DNA of 64,000 nucleotides from Clostridia bacterium (GCA_045652745.1 JAZRUW010000012.1:2089-66088); one strand, 5' to 3'; positions 1 to 9,109 are shown, numbered from the stretch's first letter. Translations and numbers: made by a program. The notes: generated by a model from the sequence alone, not told the origin.

Positions 1-2
1 AG

Positions 3-605
3 AATAAATGGTGCATAATTATCGCTCATGGTGGAGATGAGTTTTCTAATTTGCCTATGCCGTATATGCGTAAGTTATACAAAAAGTTTTTGAAATTCGG
101 TGCAGATATAGTGGTTGGGCATCATCCGCACGTGGTTCAAAATTACGAAAAAGTAGGAGATAAAATAATCTTTTATTCGCTTGGTAATTTTGTTTTTGAT
201 ACAGATTATCAAAGAAAACAAAATTATAGCGAATATGGAATTTTGCTCAATTTGAGTTTTGAAAAAGATAGTTTTTCATGGGATTACCTTGCAACAAAGG
301 TAAATAGAGAAAGTCAGACCGTTGAAGCTTCAACGCCTCCCAAAATTTTTAGAGAAGTGAGAAAAAAAGACTATAGTCTGTTGTGGCCCTTGGGTGCAAA
401 GAAGTTTATAGATAATTTTATCGTGGCAAAAACTTTTGTTATACCAAAAACTCAAAATTACAAGTGGTTTAATTGGTTTAATATGCACAGAGAAAAAATC
501 GGGTTAAAAAACACGGTGTGTTTGTATTGGGGTAAATTTATTTCAAATTTTCATTTATGGAAGTTTGCAGATAAAAATCTTTGTGAGTATATTGAACAAA
601 AATAA
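3..605 (+). CDS. CapA/PgsA-family metallophosphatase (capsule / poly-gamma-glutamate synthesis type), C-terminal part; 5' end outside window
   Basis: Frame is open to the window edge (..NKWCIIIAHGGDEFSNLPMP..). Motifs GADIVVGHHPHVVQ and SLGNFVFD are typical of CapA-type metallophosphatases. The region is AT-rich. Confidence 0.6.
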   Translation, partial: NKWCIIIAHGGDEFSNLPMPYMRKLYKKFLKFGADIVVGHHPHVVQNYEKVGDKIIFYSLGNFVFDTDYQRKQNYSEYGILLNLSFEKDSFSWDYLATKVNRESQTVEASTPPKIFREVRKKDYSLLWPLGAKKFIDNFIVAKTFVIPKTQNYKWFNWFNMHREKIGLKNTVCLYWGKFISNFHLWKFADKNLCEYIEQK

Positions 606-737
606 ATTCTATGTATTTCTGATTTTAAAACGATTTTTGTTCTGAAACTGACACGATCTGGTTGTTAAAATAGACTGCATCTAAACTTTATGTGTCGCAA
701 TAAAGATGTCGAATGTTGTCGAAAGGAACTTTTGAAA

Positions 738-1391
738 ATGAAAAATTTGACTATACGATTAGAAACAAAAGAAGATTACAGAGAGGTTGAAGAGCTTACC
801 CGTGAAGCATTCTGGAATGTGTATAAGCCGGGTGCTGACGAGCACTATTATGTACACATGATGCGAAACCATCCTGATTTCATTCCTGAACTTGCCTTTG
901 TTCTTGAAAAGGACGGTAGGATTATCGGTAATATTATGTATACGAAGGCATGGCTTGAAGATGAAAATGGTGTAAGAAAAGAGATTCTTTCTTTCGGGCC
1001 TCTTTGCATTGCACCTGAATATCAGAGGCAAAAACTCGGCAAGATGCTTATTGAACATTCCTTTGATGTTGCAAGAAAAATGGGATATGATGTGAACATT
1101 AATTTCGGAAATCCCGGTAACTATGTCAGCCGAGGTTTTGTGAGTTGCAAAAAGAAAAACGTAAGTTTTGTTTTTTTCGGAAACTTCCCAACTGCGCTTT
1201 TAGTATGTGAACTTGTACCGAATGCACTTGATGGCAGAAAGTGGATGTATATTCCAAGTACCGCCGCCGACTGTTGTGAGGACATCGCTGCAGTAGAGGC
1301 GTTTGATAAAACGTTCCTGCCTAAAGAAAAGAAATGGATGCCGAGTCAGGAAGAATTCTACATCTACAGGAATTCTTCAGTAATCAGATAA
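738..1391 (+). CDS. GNAT-family N-acetyltransferase
   Basis: MKNLTIRLETKEDYREVEELTREAFWN.. with an acetyl-CoA-binding-like segment QRQKLGKMLIEHSFDVARKMGYD. The ATG at 738 is preceded by gaaagga. The track start at 690 is probably an upstream extension. Confidence 0.7.
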   Translation: MKNLTIRLETKEDYREVEELTREAFWNVYKPGADEHYYVHMMRNHPDFIPELAFVLEKDGRIIGNIMYTKAWLEDENGVRKEILSFGPLCIAPEYQRQKLGKMLIEHSFDVARKMGYDVNINFGNPGNYVSRGFVSCKKKNVSFVFFGNFPTALLVCELVPNALDGRKWMYIPSTAADCCEDIAAVEAFDKTFLPKEKKWMPSQEEFYIYRNSSVIR

Positions 1392-1462
1392 TTATACTGT
1401 TGAAAAACATTGGCAACCGCCTTATATTTTCATAGCATGAATGCCGAAAATTATCGAAATGA

Positions 1463-1753
1463 ATGAACTGTATGTTATATGGAATTATATTATTAATTGT
1501 AGTTGGCTCACTTGGTATATCCTGCATAAGCGCATTGTTTTTACTGTTCAAGAACAGAAAAAAGGAAACGATATCCGACAGACTAAAATACAATTCCATT
1601 TCGATATTCTGTATAACAGGTGTATTAATTTATTGGTATATTAATCGCGGATGGCTTAGAATAGTATTTGGATTAACTATGTTAATCATACATTCCTCAT
1701 GTTCGTGGTTATCCATATTGTTTCCAAGAAAATTGGCGAATCAAATCTTTTAA
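1463..1753 (+). CDS. hypothetical small membrane protein (possibly the 5' half of a frameshifted gene)
   Basis: 96-aa ORF with 2-3 hydrophobic helices. It overlaps the next ORF by 55 nt in the -1 frame. No recognisable family. Confidence 0.3.
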   Translation: MNCMLYGIILLIVVGSLGISCISALFLLFKNRKKETISDRLKYNSISIFCITGVLIYWYINRGWLRIVFGLTMLIIHSSCSWLSILFPRKLANQIF

Positions 1754-1956
1754 AAAGAATTGTACAAGCTACATATTATACTTATGTTTCAGCACATTTC
1801 TTTTTGCCGGACTGCTTTGAATCTATATATGTGTTTTTCAGGCTTGTACACAACGATATAGTATGTAATATATGCATGGTGATATCATGCGTTTTGTTTG
1901 CTGTAAATCTATTGTTGCTCGGGGCACAAATCATTGTGTATAAAAAACAAAGGTAG
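1699..1956 (+). CDS. hypothetical small membrane protein (possibly the 3' half of a frameshifted gene)
   Basis: 85-aa hydrophobic ORF overlapping 1463..1753. No clear RBS. Confidence 0.25.
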   Translation: MFVVIHIVSKKIGESNLLKRIVQATYYTYVSAHFFLPDCFESIYVFFRLVHNDIVCNICMVISCVLFAVNLLLLGAQIIVYKKQR

Positions 1957-1983
1957 TATTTATACGCAATCAAGAGGAATCGG

Positions 1984-2640
1984 ATGATGCATATTCAGAA
2001 TTTGCATACGCATACGGTGTATTGCGTCGGCGCAGATATGCCGGTGCAGATGGTGGAAGCTGCGTTGGAAAAGGGATTTGCATCCATAGGCTTTTCGGGG
2101 CATTCCTTTATGCGTTATTCGGATTACCTCGGCAGCGATGATAAAACTGAAGACTATAAAAAAGAGATACTGCGCCTTAAAAAAGCATATGCGGACAGAA
2201 TAAAGATTTATCTCGGCCTTGAGGTGGATATGTAACCTAAACCTGATATGCTGGGATAGGATTACTTAATCGGTTTGGTGCATTATCTGTATCGGTTTTG
2301 ACCGTGGACAAAAAGCGGTGGAGAACATTATAAACAGATTTTTCGACGGAAACGGTATGGAATATGTCAAAATTTATTACAAGACATTGGCAGAATTACC
2401 GCAATATGGCGACTTTGATATTATCGGCCATTTTGATTGGATTACAAAACATAGTGACAACGTATAATTCTTTGATGAAACATCAAAAGAATATTTAGAT
2501 GCGGCATTTGAAGCGGCTTATGCTTTAGCGGGAAAGATACCATAAATGGTTTTAAAGAAGTTGCTTTATAAATGGTGATAAAAGAGATGTTTTGGTCTGC
2601 ATATCGACAACAAAGATTGGCATTCAAATTGTGCAAGATG
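1984..2640 (+). pseudogene. PHP-family histidinol-phosphatase (HisJ/HisK-like), disrupted by stop codons and frameshifts
   Basis: The N-terminal 83 aa (MMHIQNLHTHTVYC..GFSGHSF..YLGLEVDM*) end at a premature stop at 2233-2235. Homologous continuation is visible in other frames: DYLIGLVHYL at about 2260, and FFDGNGMEYVKIYYKTLAELPQYGDFDIIGHFDWITKHSDN then FDETSKEYLDAAFEAAYALAGK at about 2339-2550. Confidence 0.65.
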
Positions 2641-2761
2641 TATGACGTATTGTACGCCCAACTGTTTAAATGCGGCTGTTGTGAAAAGATAGTCGATACT
2701 ATTTTAACGAAATTTATATAAAGGGTGAAAAAGTTTACTTCTTTTTTATTGTGTTTGGGGT

Positions 2762-3120
2762 TTGGGTATGATATACTTGAAATGTTGGATGAACCGGTTT
2801 GTTCGGTCAGGTAAAATACGGAAATTCGGCGCGTCTAACTGGACATCGGAAAGAATACATAAGGCCAATACATATGCCGCGGAAAACGGACTTATGGGTT
2901 TTTCGGCCGGTCAGCTCCGTTTTAACCCTGCTTACTGTTTGGGGGAAAGAAGCGGTCTTGTGGGCATGGATTCGGTTGAGTTTTATAAAAAAATAATATA
3001 CCGGTGGTTGCCTATTCTTCGCAGGCGAAGGGCTTTTTCTCAAAAATGGCTGAGGCGGGGGAAGGTTCCTTTTCCGGAAAAGTGAAAAAACTGTATTTGC
3101 GGAAATTTTTAAATTTGATA
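2762..3120 (+). pseudogene. aldo/keto reductase remnant (5'-truncated and frameshifted)
   Basis: SGKIRKFGASNWTSERIHKANTYAAENGLMGFSAGQLRFNP is the typical central/C-terminal AKR segment. It continues in a second frame (AYSSQAKGFFSKMAEAGEGSFSGKVKKLY). The N-terminal third or more of an AKR is missing. Confidence 0.6.
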
Positions 3121-3151
3121 TTGAATGAATTCGTATGTAAAGGAGAAAAAC

Positions 3152-5131
3152 ATGAACAACAAAACACCGATGAAACAAACACATCTGGATTTTCACACTT
3201 CGCCGGACATTGAAGGCATCGGCTCGAAGTTTTCCAAGGAAAATTTCCAGGCAGCACTCAAAAAGGGTAAGCTCGACAGCATTACCGTTTTTGCGAAGTG
3301 TCATCACGGGCACTGCTATTATCCGACGGAGGTTTCCACGATGCATCCGCATCTGGACTTTGATTTGACGGGCGCAATGGTGGATGCGGCGCATGAGGTT
3401 GGTGTGCGCGCACCGATTTATCTTACGGCCGGTTGGTCGGATTTGGATGCTATCGAGCATCCGGAGTGGGTGTTGCGTGACCGCGAAGGGAATATGTGCG
3501 TTACCGGCGGTTACGACCTGGGAGCAAGTGCGGATACACCGAAAGGGCACGTGGCATGGCACCATATGTGTCTAAACGATGTCGGCGGTTATGCCGAGCA
3601 TATTTATGCGCTCACGGAAGAGGTTTGCAAGCGTTACAAAGATGTGGACGGCATCTTTTACGATATTTGCATCATCGGTGAAACCTGTTATTGCGATTTG
3701 TGTAAAAAGTCTATGATGGAGATGGGTCTTGACCCGAAAAACGAAGCAGATGTAAAAAAACACTTTAGCATCAAACGCCGCGCGTTTATGCAAAAGTGTA
3801 TTGACATCATTAAAAAATATCATCCGGAGGCGACATATTTCTTTAACAGCGGCGGTGCAAATCCGAAAAGAACTGAGTATCACGAATACCAGACGCACTT
3901 TGAAATGGAGGATTTGCCGACGGCTTGGGGCGGTTATGACCAGTTGCCACTGCGCTCGAAATATTTTAAAAACTCCGGCAAGGGGATATTGGCAATGACG
4001 GGCAAGTTCCACCTTGCGTGGGGCGAATTCGGCGGTTTTAAACCGAAAGAGGCGCTTAAATTTGAAATTGCCATGATGGGTCTCTACGGTGTCGGTGCAT
4101 CGGTCGGCGACCACATGCATCCGGACGGCGAAATGGAAATGCAGACCTATGAAAATATAGGGTATGCGTATGATTATTTAGAAAAGATTGCGCCGTATTG
4201 CTTTGACGGCGATATGGTGGTCAATTTAGGACTTTATTTGGGTGCGGATTGGCGCGCCAATGAGGGTGTTTCGAAAATTCTGATTGAAAATCAGATTGAC
4301 TATGCGGTGGTTGCAAATAACAACTTTGATAAGTTCGACACGGTGATTGTGTCTGCGGGTGCTAAGATGGATGAGATCACGCTTGCGGCATTTCAAGCCT
4401 TTATCGACAAAGGCGGCAAGGTGCTTTTGATGGCGGATGCGCTGGTGCAGGACGGAAAATTTATGATCGACACCGGTCTTGAATATCTTGGCGCACCGGA
4501 ATTTGACTGCGACTATCTCATGACAGATGAAAACTGGGAAGATGTGCCGAATGCACCGATGCTTTGTAATCATCCGGGACATCGGACAAAGCATGTGGAT
4601 GCGCAAGTGATTGCCGAAATTATGACGCCGTATTTTTCGCGTACATACGCACATTTTTGCGGTCATAAAAACACGCCGCACAACAAGGCGGCTGTGCGCA
4701 TGCCGGGGATGGCCAAGAAAGGCAATATTGTTTATCTTGCGCACGCGCTTTCGAAGCAATATGATGGATACGGATGCATTTATCATAAAAGATATTTTAT
4801 GCATGCGCTTGGCCTTGTGTACGGCGGTGCGCCACTTTGCGTGAAAGGACTCGGTTCACAGGGCAGATGCACGGCAATTGAGCAGAAGCAAAACAGCAGA
4901 TATTGCATCAATTTGTTGTATGCCGCTCCGCATCGCAGAGGTGAGGCGGAAATTATCGAAGATATTTTGCCGGTGTACAATATTGAGATTACGCTTGCAA
5001 CGGACAAGGCAATCCAAAAGGTATACAATGCGCTTACAGGTGAAGTGCTGGCGTTTACAAAACAGGCAGACGGTATTGCGTTTACCCTGCCGAAACTCGA
5101 GTGCCACGCATCAATTGTTTGCGAATATTAA
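3152..5131 (+). CDS. glycoside-hydrolase-like protein (GHL6-type TIM-barrel N-domain with beta-galactosidase-trimerisation-like middle domain)
   Basis: MNNKTPMKQTHLDFHTSPDIEGIGSKFSKENFQAALKKGKLDSITVFAKCHHGHCYYPT is the characteristic N-terminus of the 'hypothetical glycosyl hydrolase 6' family. AGGAG lies 6 nt upstream of the ATG at 3152. Confidence 0.6.
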   Translation: MNNKTPMKQTHLDFHTSPDIEGIGSKFSKENFQAALKKGKLDSITVFAKCHHGHCYYPTEVSTMHPHLDFDLTGAMVDAAHEVGVRAPIYLTAGWSDLDAIEHPEWVLRDREGNMCVTGGYDLGASADTPKGHVAWHHMCLNDVGGYAEHIYALTEEVCKRYKDVDGIFYDICIIGETCYCDLCKKSMMEMGLDPKNEADVKKHFSIKRRAFMQKCIDIIKKYHPEATYFFNSGGANPKRTEYHEYQTHFEMEDLPTAWGGYDQLPLRSKYFKNSGKGILAMTGKFHLAWGEFGGFKPKEALKFEIAMMGLYGVGASVGDHMHPDGEMEMQTYENIGYAYDYLEKIAPYCFDGDMVVNLGLYLGADWRANEGVSKILIENQIDYAVVANNNFDKFDTVIVSAGAKMDEITLAAFQAFIDKGGKVLLMADALVQDGKFMIDTGLEYLGAPEFDCDYLMTDENWEDVPNAPMLCNHPGHRTKHVDAQVIAEIMTPYFSRTYAHFCGHKNTPHNKAAVRMPGMAKKGNIVYLAHALSKQYDGYGCIYHKRYFMHALGLVYGGAPLCVKGLGSQGRCTAIEQKQNSRYCINLLYAAPHRRGEAEIIEDILPVYNIEITLATDKAIQKVYNALTGEVLAFTKQADGIAFTLPKLECHASIVCEY

Positions 5132-5212
5132 GGATATATCAAAGCCACCATTGGGCGAGTGTTCTTAAGGATACAATGGATTTAGCCGGTAATTTACCGA
5201 AAATAGTTCACA

Positions 5213-5250
5213 AAAAATCTGCATTATACGCGAGTATAATGCAGATTTTT
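5213..5250. terminator. bidirectional rho-independent terminator hairpin
   Basis: 16-bp perfect stem aaaaatctgcattata / tataatgcagattttt with loop cgcgag. An A-run lies 5' and a T-run 3'. Confidence 0.6.
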
Positions 5251-5332
5251 ATATTCCTCTTTCCGACAAAATTCCTCGACTAAAACTGCCAACGGCACCT
5301 TAAAAGGTAATAGTTTGGATGAAGAGCAAGGC

Positions 5333-5370
5333 AAAAATGACCGACATCCTCCCGGATTTCGGTCATTTTT
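5333..5370. terminator. bidirectional terminator-like hairpin
   Basis: aaaaatgaccga ... tcggtcattttt, flanked by A and T runs. Confidence 0.5.
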
Positions 5371-5543
5371 AACACAGCTATTCGCCAAAATATTGCTTTT
5401 TAAGGCGTTTTATCCTTAAGAACACTCGCCCTTGAGATGGTGGCTTTTTGCGTATTACCCGTGCGGAAAAATGTGCAATAAATGATAAAAAACAGATGCG
5501 ATTTGGGATTGTGTTCGTGAGGGGGAAAGTATGGAATTGCTCC

Positions 5544-5572
5544 TTGAAAAATATCGTTTATTCTGTTATATT
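5544..5572 (+). promoter_or_regulatory. candidate sigma-A promoter upstream of the TetR gene
   Basis: TTGAAA (5544-5549), 17-nt spacer, TGtTATATT extended -10 (5564-5572). It implies an approximately 190-nt leader, so it is uncertain. Confidence 0.35.
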
Positions 5573-5765
5573 AAGTATGGTATAAAAATTATAAATTTCA
5601 AGTGAAGAAAGGCAATGTATATAGAAATCAAGCTATAGCCGAAATGGACATTTGAAGAAGGGATTGCTGCGTTTTAAAAAAGAAAGCTCGCTATCCGGAT
5701 GTAGGCTTTTGCTTGGATACGGCGCATACTTGCAAAAATGATGGAAGAGAAGAAGGGTGAGAAAG

Positions 5766-6353
5766 ATGTCTAAAAGGAATGACAGAAATACCAAAGGCAG
5801 AATCATCAATGCTGCATGGGATTTGTTTTATGAGCAGGGCTATGAGGATACAACCGTAGAGGAAATTATCGAAAAGTCGGGTACTTCCAAAGGCTCGTTT
5901 TATCATTATTTTGAGGGCAAGGATGCGCTTTTGGGTTCACTTTCGTATATTTTCGACGAGGAATACTCCAAGCTGCAGGGCAAGCTTACGGATGCGATGC
6001 CGAGCTTTGACAAGCTGCTGTATTTAAATCAGGAGCTGTTTTCGTTCATTGAGGACAGAATTGATATTGAACTTTTAACCAGGCTTTATTCTACCCAGCT
6101 GACCACAAAAGGTGAAAAGCATTTGCTCGACAGCAAGCGCCTGTATTACAAACTTTTAAGAAACATTGTTTCTGAGGGGCAGAAAAATGGGGAACTGACG
6201 GAGGAAATGAGCGCGAAAGAAATTGTGAAACTCTATGCAATGAGTGAGCGTGCGCTGATTTATGATTGGTGCTTATGCAACGGAGAGTATTCTTTATCTG
6301 CCTATGCCAAGAAGGCTATGCCTATGTTTTTGTCGGGAATTCGTATCAAATAG
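5766..6353 (+). CDS. TetR/AcrR-family transcriptional regulator
   Basis: N-terminal HTH TKGRIINAAWDLFYEQGYEDTTVEEIIEKSGTSKGSFYHYFEGKDALL. ATG at 5766 (GTG at 5757 is an alternative), preceded by gaagggtga. Confidence 0.85.
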   Translation: MSKRNDRNTKGRIINAAWDLFYEQGYEDTTVEEIIEKSGTSKGSFYHYFEGKDALLGSLSYIFDEEYSKLQGKLTDAMPSFDKLLYLNQELFSFIEDRIDIELLTRLYSTQLTTKGEKHLLDSKRLYYKLLRNIVSEGQKNGELTEEMSAKEIVKLYAMSERALIYDWCLCNGEYSLSAYAKKAMPMFLSGIRIK

Positions 6354-6402
6354 AGTCTGTTTTACCTTTATGATAATACTGCATATTTTATGAGTTGCAT
6401 AT

Positions 6403-6438
6403 AGAACTGAGTATAGAATACAGTCTATACTCAGTTCT
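6403..6438. promoter_or_regulatory. 14-bp perfect palindrome (candidate TetR operator)
   Basis: agaactgagtatag-N8-ctatactcagttct. It ends 4 nt before the -35 of the putP promoter. No T-run follows, so it is not a typical terminator. Confidence 0.5.
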
Positions 6439-6441
6439 CTA

Positions 6442-6470
6442 TTGCATTTAGTTTTATTATGTGCTAAAAT
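6442..6470 (+). promoter_or_regulatory. sigma-A promoter of putP
   Basis: TTGCAT (6442-6447), 17-nt spacer, extended -10 TGcTAAAAT (6462-6470). Confidence 0.6.
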
Positions 6471-6519
6471 AGCAAATGTGCAAAAAATCTTATAAAAATA
6501 TGCAAAGGAGCGTTGTAAT

Positions 6520-8052
6520 ATGGATATTTTTGCTTTTGTGCTTTACTTTATTGCCATGCTGGCAATCGGTATTTTCTTTTTCTTTAAATCCAAGGCAACT
6601 ACAGACAAGGATTATTTCCTGGGTGGGCGTGCTATGGGACCTTGGGTAACGGCAATGAGCGCACAAGCCTCGGATATGAGCGCGTGGCTTTTAATGGGCT
6701 TGCCTGGCAGTATCCTCGCGTTTGGCTTCGGCCAGGCGTGGATCGGCATCGGTTTGGCAATCGGTACTGCAGCAAACTGGATTTTGGTTGCAAAGAGACT
6801 TCGCAAGTTTTCCAGAGCGGCCAATGACTCCATTACGCTTCCGCAGTATTTGTCCAACCGTTTTGCTTCTAAAAATCCGACGGTGAGCATCATCTGCGCG
6901 GTTGTATTTTTGGTTTGCTTCACAATTTACGTTGCTTCTGCCTTTGTTGCAGGTGCGGATGTGTTTACAACATTGGTACCGGAACTTTCCAGAACAACGG
7001 CCATGCTGATTTTTGCTGCCATTGTTGTGATTTATACCTTCCTGGGCGGTTTTAATGCCGTTTGCTGGACAGACTTCTTCCAGGGCCTTCTGATGTTGGC
7101 GGCGCTTTTGATTGTGCCGATTGTTGTAGGCTTTGTAAAGGACCTGGATGTAGCGGCACTTTCGACGATCTACACCGGCCCGAACGGCGAAGAGTTTGAA
7201 TTTGTGGCGAATTTCTTTAATGCAAGCTGGAAGGATATTTTGTCCGGTCTTGGCTGGGGTCTCGGCTACTTTGGTATGCCACACATCATCGTAAGATTTA
7301 TGGCAATCGAAAAGCCGTCTATGGTGAAAAAGTCTGCGACGGTTGCGATCATCTGGGTTGTGCTGTCTTTGGCGGCTACGATTGTGATTGCTTACCTTGG
7401 CAGAATGTTTGTGTATGCGGACGGTACGGACCTTTCTGCGAAACTTTTGAGCGAAGGCAAGCAGGCAATGATTTTTGTAGAACTTGCACGTGATGTATTC
7501 CCAAGCTTTATTGCAGGTCTTTTGCTTGCGGCAATTATTGCGGCATCTATGTCCACGGCGGATTCGCAGCTTTTGGTTGCAGCGTCCTCGTTTACAAGTG
7601 ACTTATATAAGCCGATGATTCGTAAGAATGCTTCGAACAAGGAAGTGCTTTGGGTAAGCCGTTTGGTTGTACTGGCCATTGCAGTTGTTGCATACTTTAT
7701 TGCAGGCAGCAAGGGTAAGGCGGCGCAGGCAATTATGGATTTGGTATCCAATGCATGGGGTATCTTTGGTGCGGCATTTGGTCCGGTTGTGCTTTTCTCT
7801 TTGTTCTGGAAGAGATTTACATATAAGGGTGCGGTTGCCGGTATCATTGTCGGTGCGGCAGTGGATATGCTCTGGTTGTGGTTACCGATCGGTGGCGCTA
7901 CAATGACTGCCATTACGGGTATTTACGAAATCATACCTGGCTTTATCTTAGGTGGCCTTGCGGCGTTCGTTGCAACGCTTTGCGATAAGGCACCTTCCGA
8001 TGAAGTGCTCGCAATTTATGCTAAGGCTACGGACAATTCGATTGACGACTAA
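6520..8052 (+). CDS. putP: sodium/proline symporter (SSS family)
   Basis: 510 aa and polytopic. DYFLGGRAMGPWVTAMSAQASDMSAWLLMGLPG is the PutP/SSS signature region. AAAGGAG RBS. Confidence 0.85.
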   Translation: MDIFAFVLYFIAMLAIGIFFFFKSKATTDKDYFLGGRAMGPWVTAMSAQASDMSAWLLMGLPGSILAFGFGQAWIGIGLAIGTAANWILVAKRLRKFSRAANDSITLPQYLSNRFASKNPTVSIICAVVFLVCFTIYVASAFVAGADVFTTLVPELSRTTAMLIFAAIVVIYTFLGGFNAVCWTDFFQGLLMLAALLIVPIVVGFVKDLDVAALSTIYTGPNGEEFEFVANFFNASWKDILSGLGWGLGYFGMPHIIVRFMAIEKPSMVKKSATVAIIWVVLSLAATIVIAYLGRMFVYADGTDLSAKLLSEGKQAMIFVELARDVFPSFIAGLLLAAIIAASMSTADSQLLVAASSFTSDLYKPMIRKNASNKEVLWVSRLVVLAIAVVAYFIAGSKGKAAQAIMDLVSNAWGIFGAAFGPVVLFSLFWKRFTYKGAVAGIIVGAAVDMLWLWLPIGGATMTAITGIYEIIPGFILGGLAAFVATLCDKAPSDEVLAIYAKATDNSIDD

Positions 8053-8063
8053 ATTATAAAGGT

Positions 8064-8097
8064 AAACAAGACTGTTTGAAAACAAACAGTCTTGTTT
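8064..8097 (+). terminator. rho-independent terminator of putP
   Basis: aaacaagactgttt-gaaaac-aaacagtcttgttt. Confidence 0.75.
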
Positions 8098-8144
8098 AAT
8101 TATTGCATTTATGATACAATGCATTAAAAGGAGTGTGGTTTGCT

Positions 8145-9074
8145 ATGACAAAAAAAGAACTTTTGCAGGTTATCGGCTCGGTAGAGCAGGTGGGCGGCGT
8201 GCGTGATTTTACTTTCAATGACGGTAAGATGAAAGGTGTGCGCGCGATTGAAATCAATACGGGTAAGGTTCGTATTACCGTGCTTGCGGACAGATGTATG
8301 GACATTGCACAGGCGTATTATAAAGGCGAGGCGGTTGCCTGGCTTTCCAAGACGGGCATTACCGCGCCGCAGTATTATGAAAAGGATGCAAAAAACTGGC
8401 TACGCGGTTTTTACGGCGGCCTGATTACCACTTGCGGTCTTCGCAACATCGGCTCAGAAGTAGGAGAGCACGGTTTGCACGGCAGAATTGCCAATACGCC
8501 GGCACAGAAAGTCAGCGTGTTTGCCGATTGGGTTGGCGACGAATATATCATGCGTGTTTCGGGTGAGATGCGCGAAAGCAAGGTGTTCGGTGAAAATCTC
8601 GTTTTGAAAAGAACGATTACAACCAAATTGTTTGCTGAAGAGTTTACTGTGGAAGATGTTGTTGTCAACGAAGGTTTTGAAACGGAAAATACCGCGCTTT
8701 GTTATCATTGCAATTTCGGTTATCCGCTTGTAAGAGACGGCGCAAAAATGGTGGGCGTACCTGAAGAGATTGCTGGCATCCACGCACCGATTCACGGCAA
8801 GAAGGAAGAATGCATTGGTGTTGCGCACGAAGGCAATGTTGCATGTGCAGGTATTGAAAACGGCGAAATGGGCGTATACATCACCTATGAAAGAGAAAAT
8901 TTGCCGGACTTTTTGGTATGGAAGATGCTTGGTGAGAGTGAGTACGTTGTCGGTTTAGAACCGAGAACGACTTCGCACGGCGGTCCGGGCCTTGCTAAAT
9001 ATGATGCTTATGTACCGGTTGCATCTATGGATGAATATAAAACGAAGTTGACTTTCTCTTTTAAAACTTTATAA
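8145..9074 (+). CDS. aldose-1-epimerase-like protein (DUF4432 family)
   Basis: MTKKELLQVIGSVEQVGGVRDFTFNDGKMKGVRAIEINTG..GLHGRIANTPA resembles the DUF4432/mutarotase-like family. AAAGGAG lies upstream of the ATG at 8145. Confidence 0.55.
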   Translation: MTKKELLQVIGSVEQVGGVRDFTFNDGKMKGVRAIEINTGKVRITVLADRCMDIAQAYYKGEAVAWLSKTGITAPQYYEKDAKNWLRGFYGGLITTCGLRNIGSEVGEHGLHGRIANTPAQKVSVFADWVGDEYIMRVSGEMRESKVFGENLVLKRTITTKLFAEEFTVEDVVVNEGFETENTALCYHCNFGYPLVRDGAKMVGVPEEIAGIHAPIHGKKEECIGVAHEGNVACAGIENGEMGVYITYERENLPDFLVWKMLGESEYVVGLEPRTTSHGGPGLAKYDAYVPVASMDEYKTKLTFSFKTL

Positions 9075-9078
9075 AAAA

Positions 9079-9109
9079 ATCCCAACCGTGTGTGCGGTTG
9101 GGATTTTTT
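9079..9109. terminator. bidirectional terminator between convergent genes
   Basis: atcccaaccg-tgtgtg-cggttgggat, flanked by A7 and T6. Confidence 0.75.

Larger units (their letters stand above)
5141..5447. repeat. Intergenic element bounded by inverted repeats, copy 1 (about 307 bp)
   Basis: Left arm 5141-5173 aaagccaccattgggcgagtgttcttaaggata. Right arm 5411-5447 tatccttaagaacactcgcccttgagatggtggcttt. There is a perfect 21-nt core (5153-5173 / 5411-5431) plus an outer 11-nt match. It shares internal blocks with the element at 42777..43059. Confidence 0.7.

Noticed and set aside
5101-5283. 60-aa ORF overlapping the end of the GHL6 gene and the IR-bounded element. The 73-aa ORF at 42990..43211 in copy 2 is a similar case.
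   Set aside because: They span stop codons or terminators of neighbours, have no RBS, and are not conserved between the two element copies.
5531-5605. 24-codon ORF with a GAGGGGGA RBS upstream of the TetR gene.
   Set aside because: The best promoter candidate (5544-5572) lies inside it, so both cannot be right. It is too short and unsupported to call.
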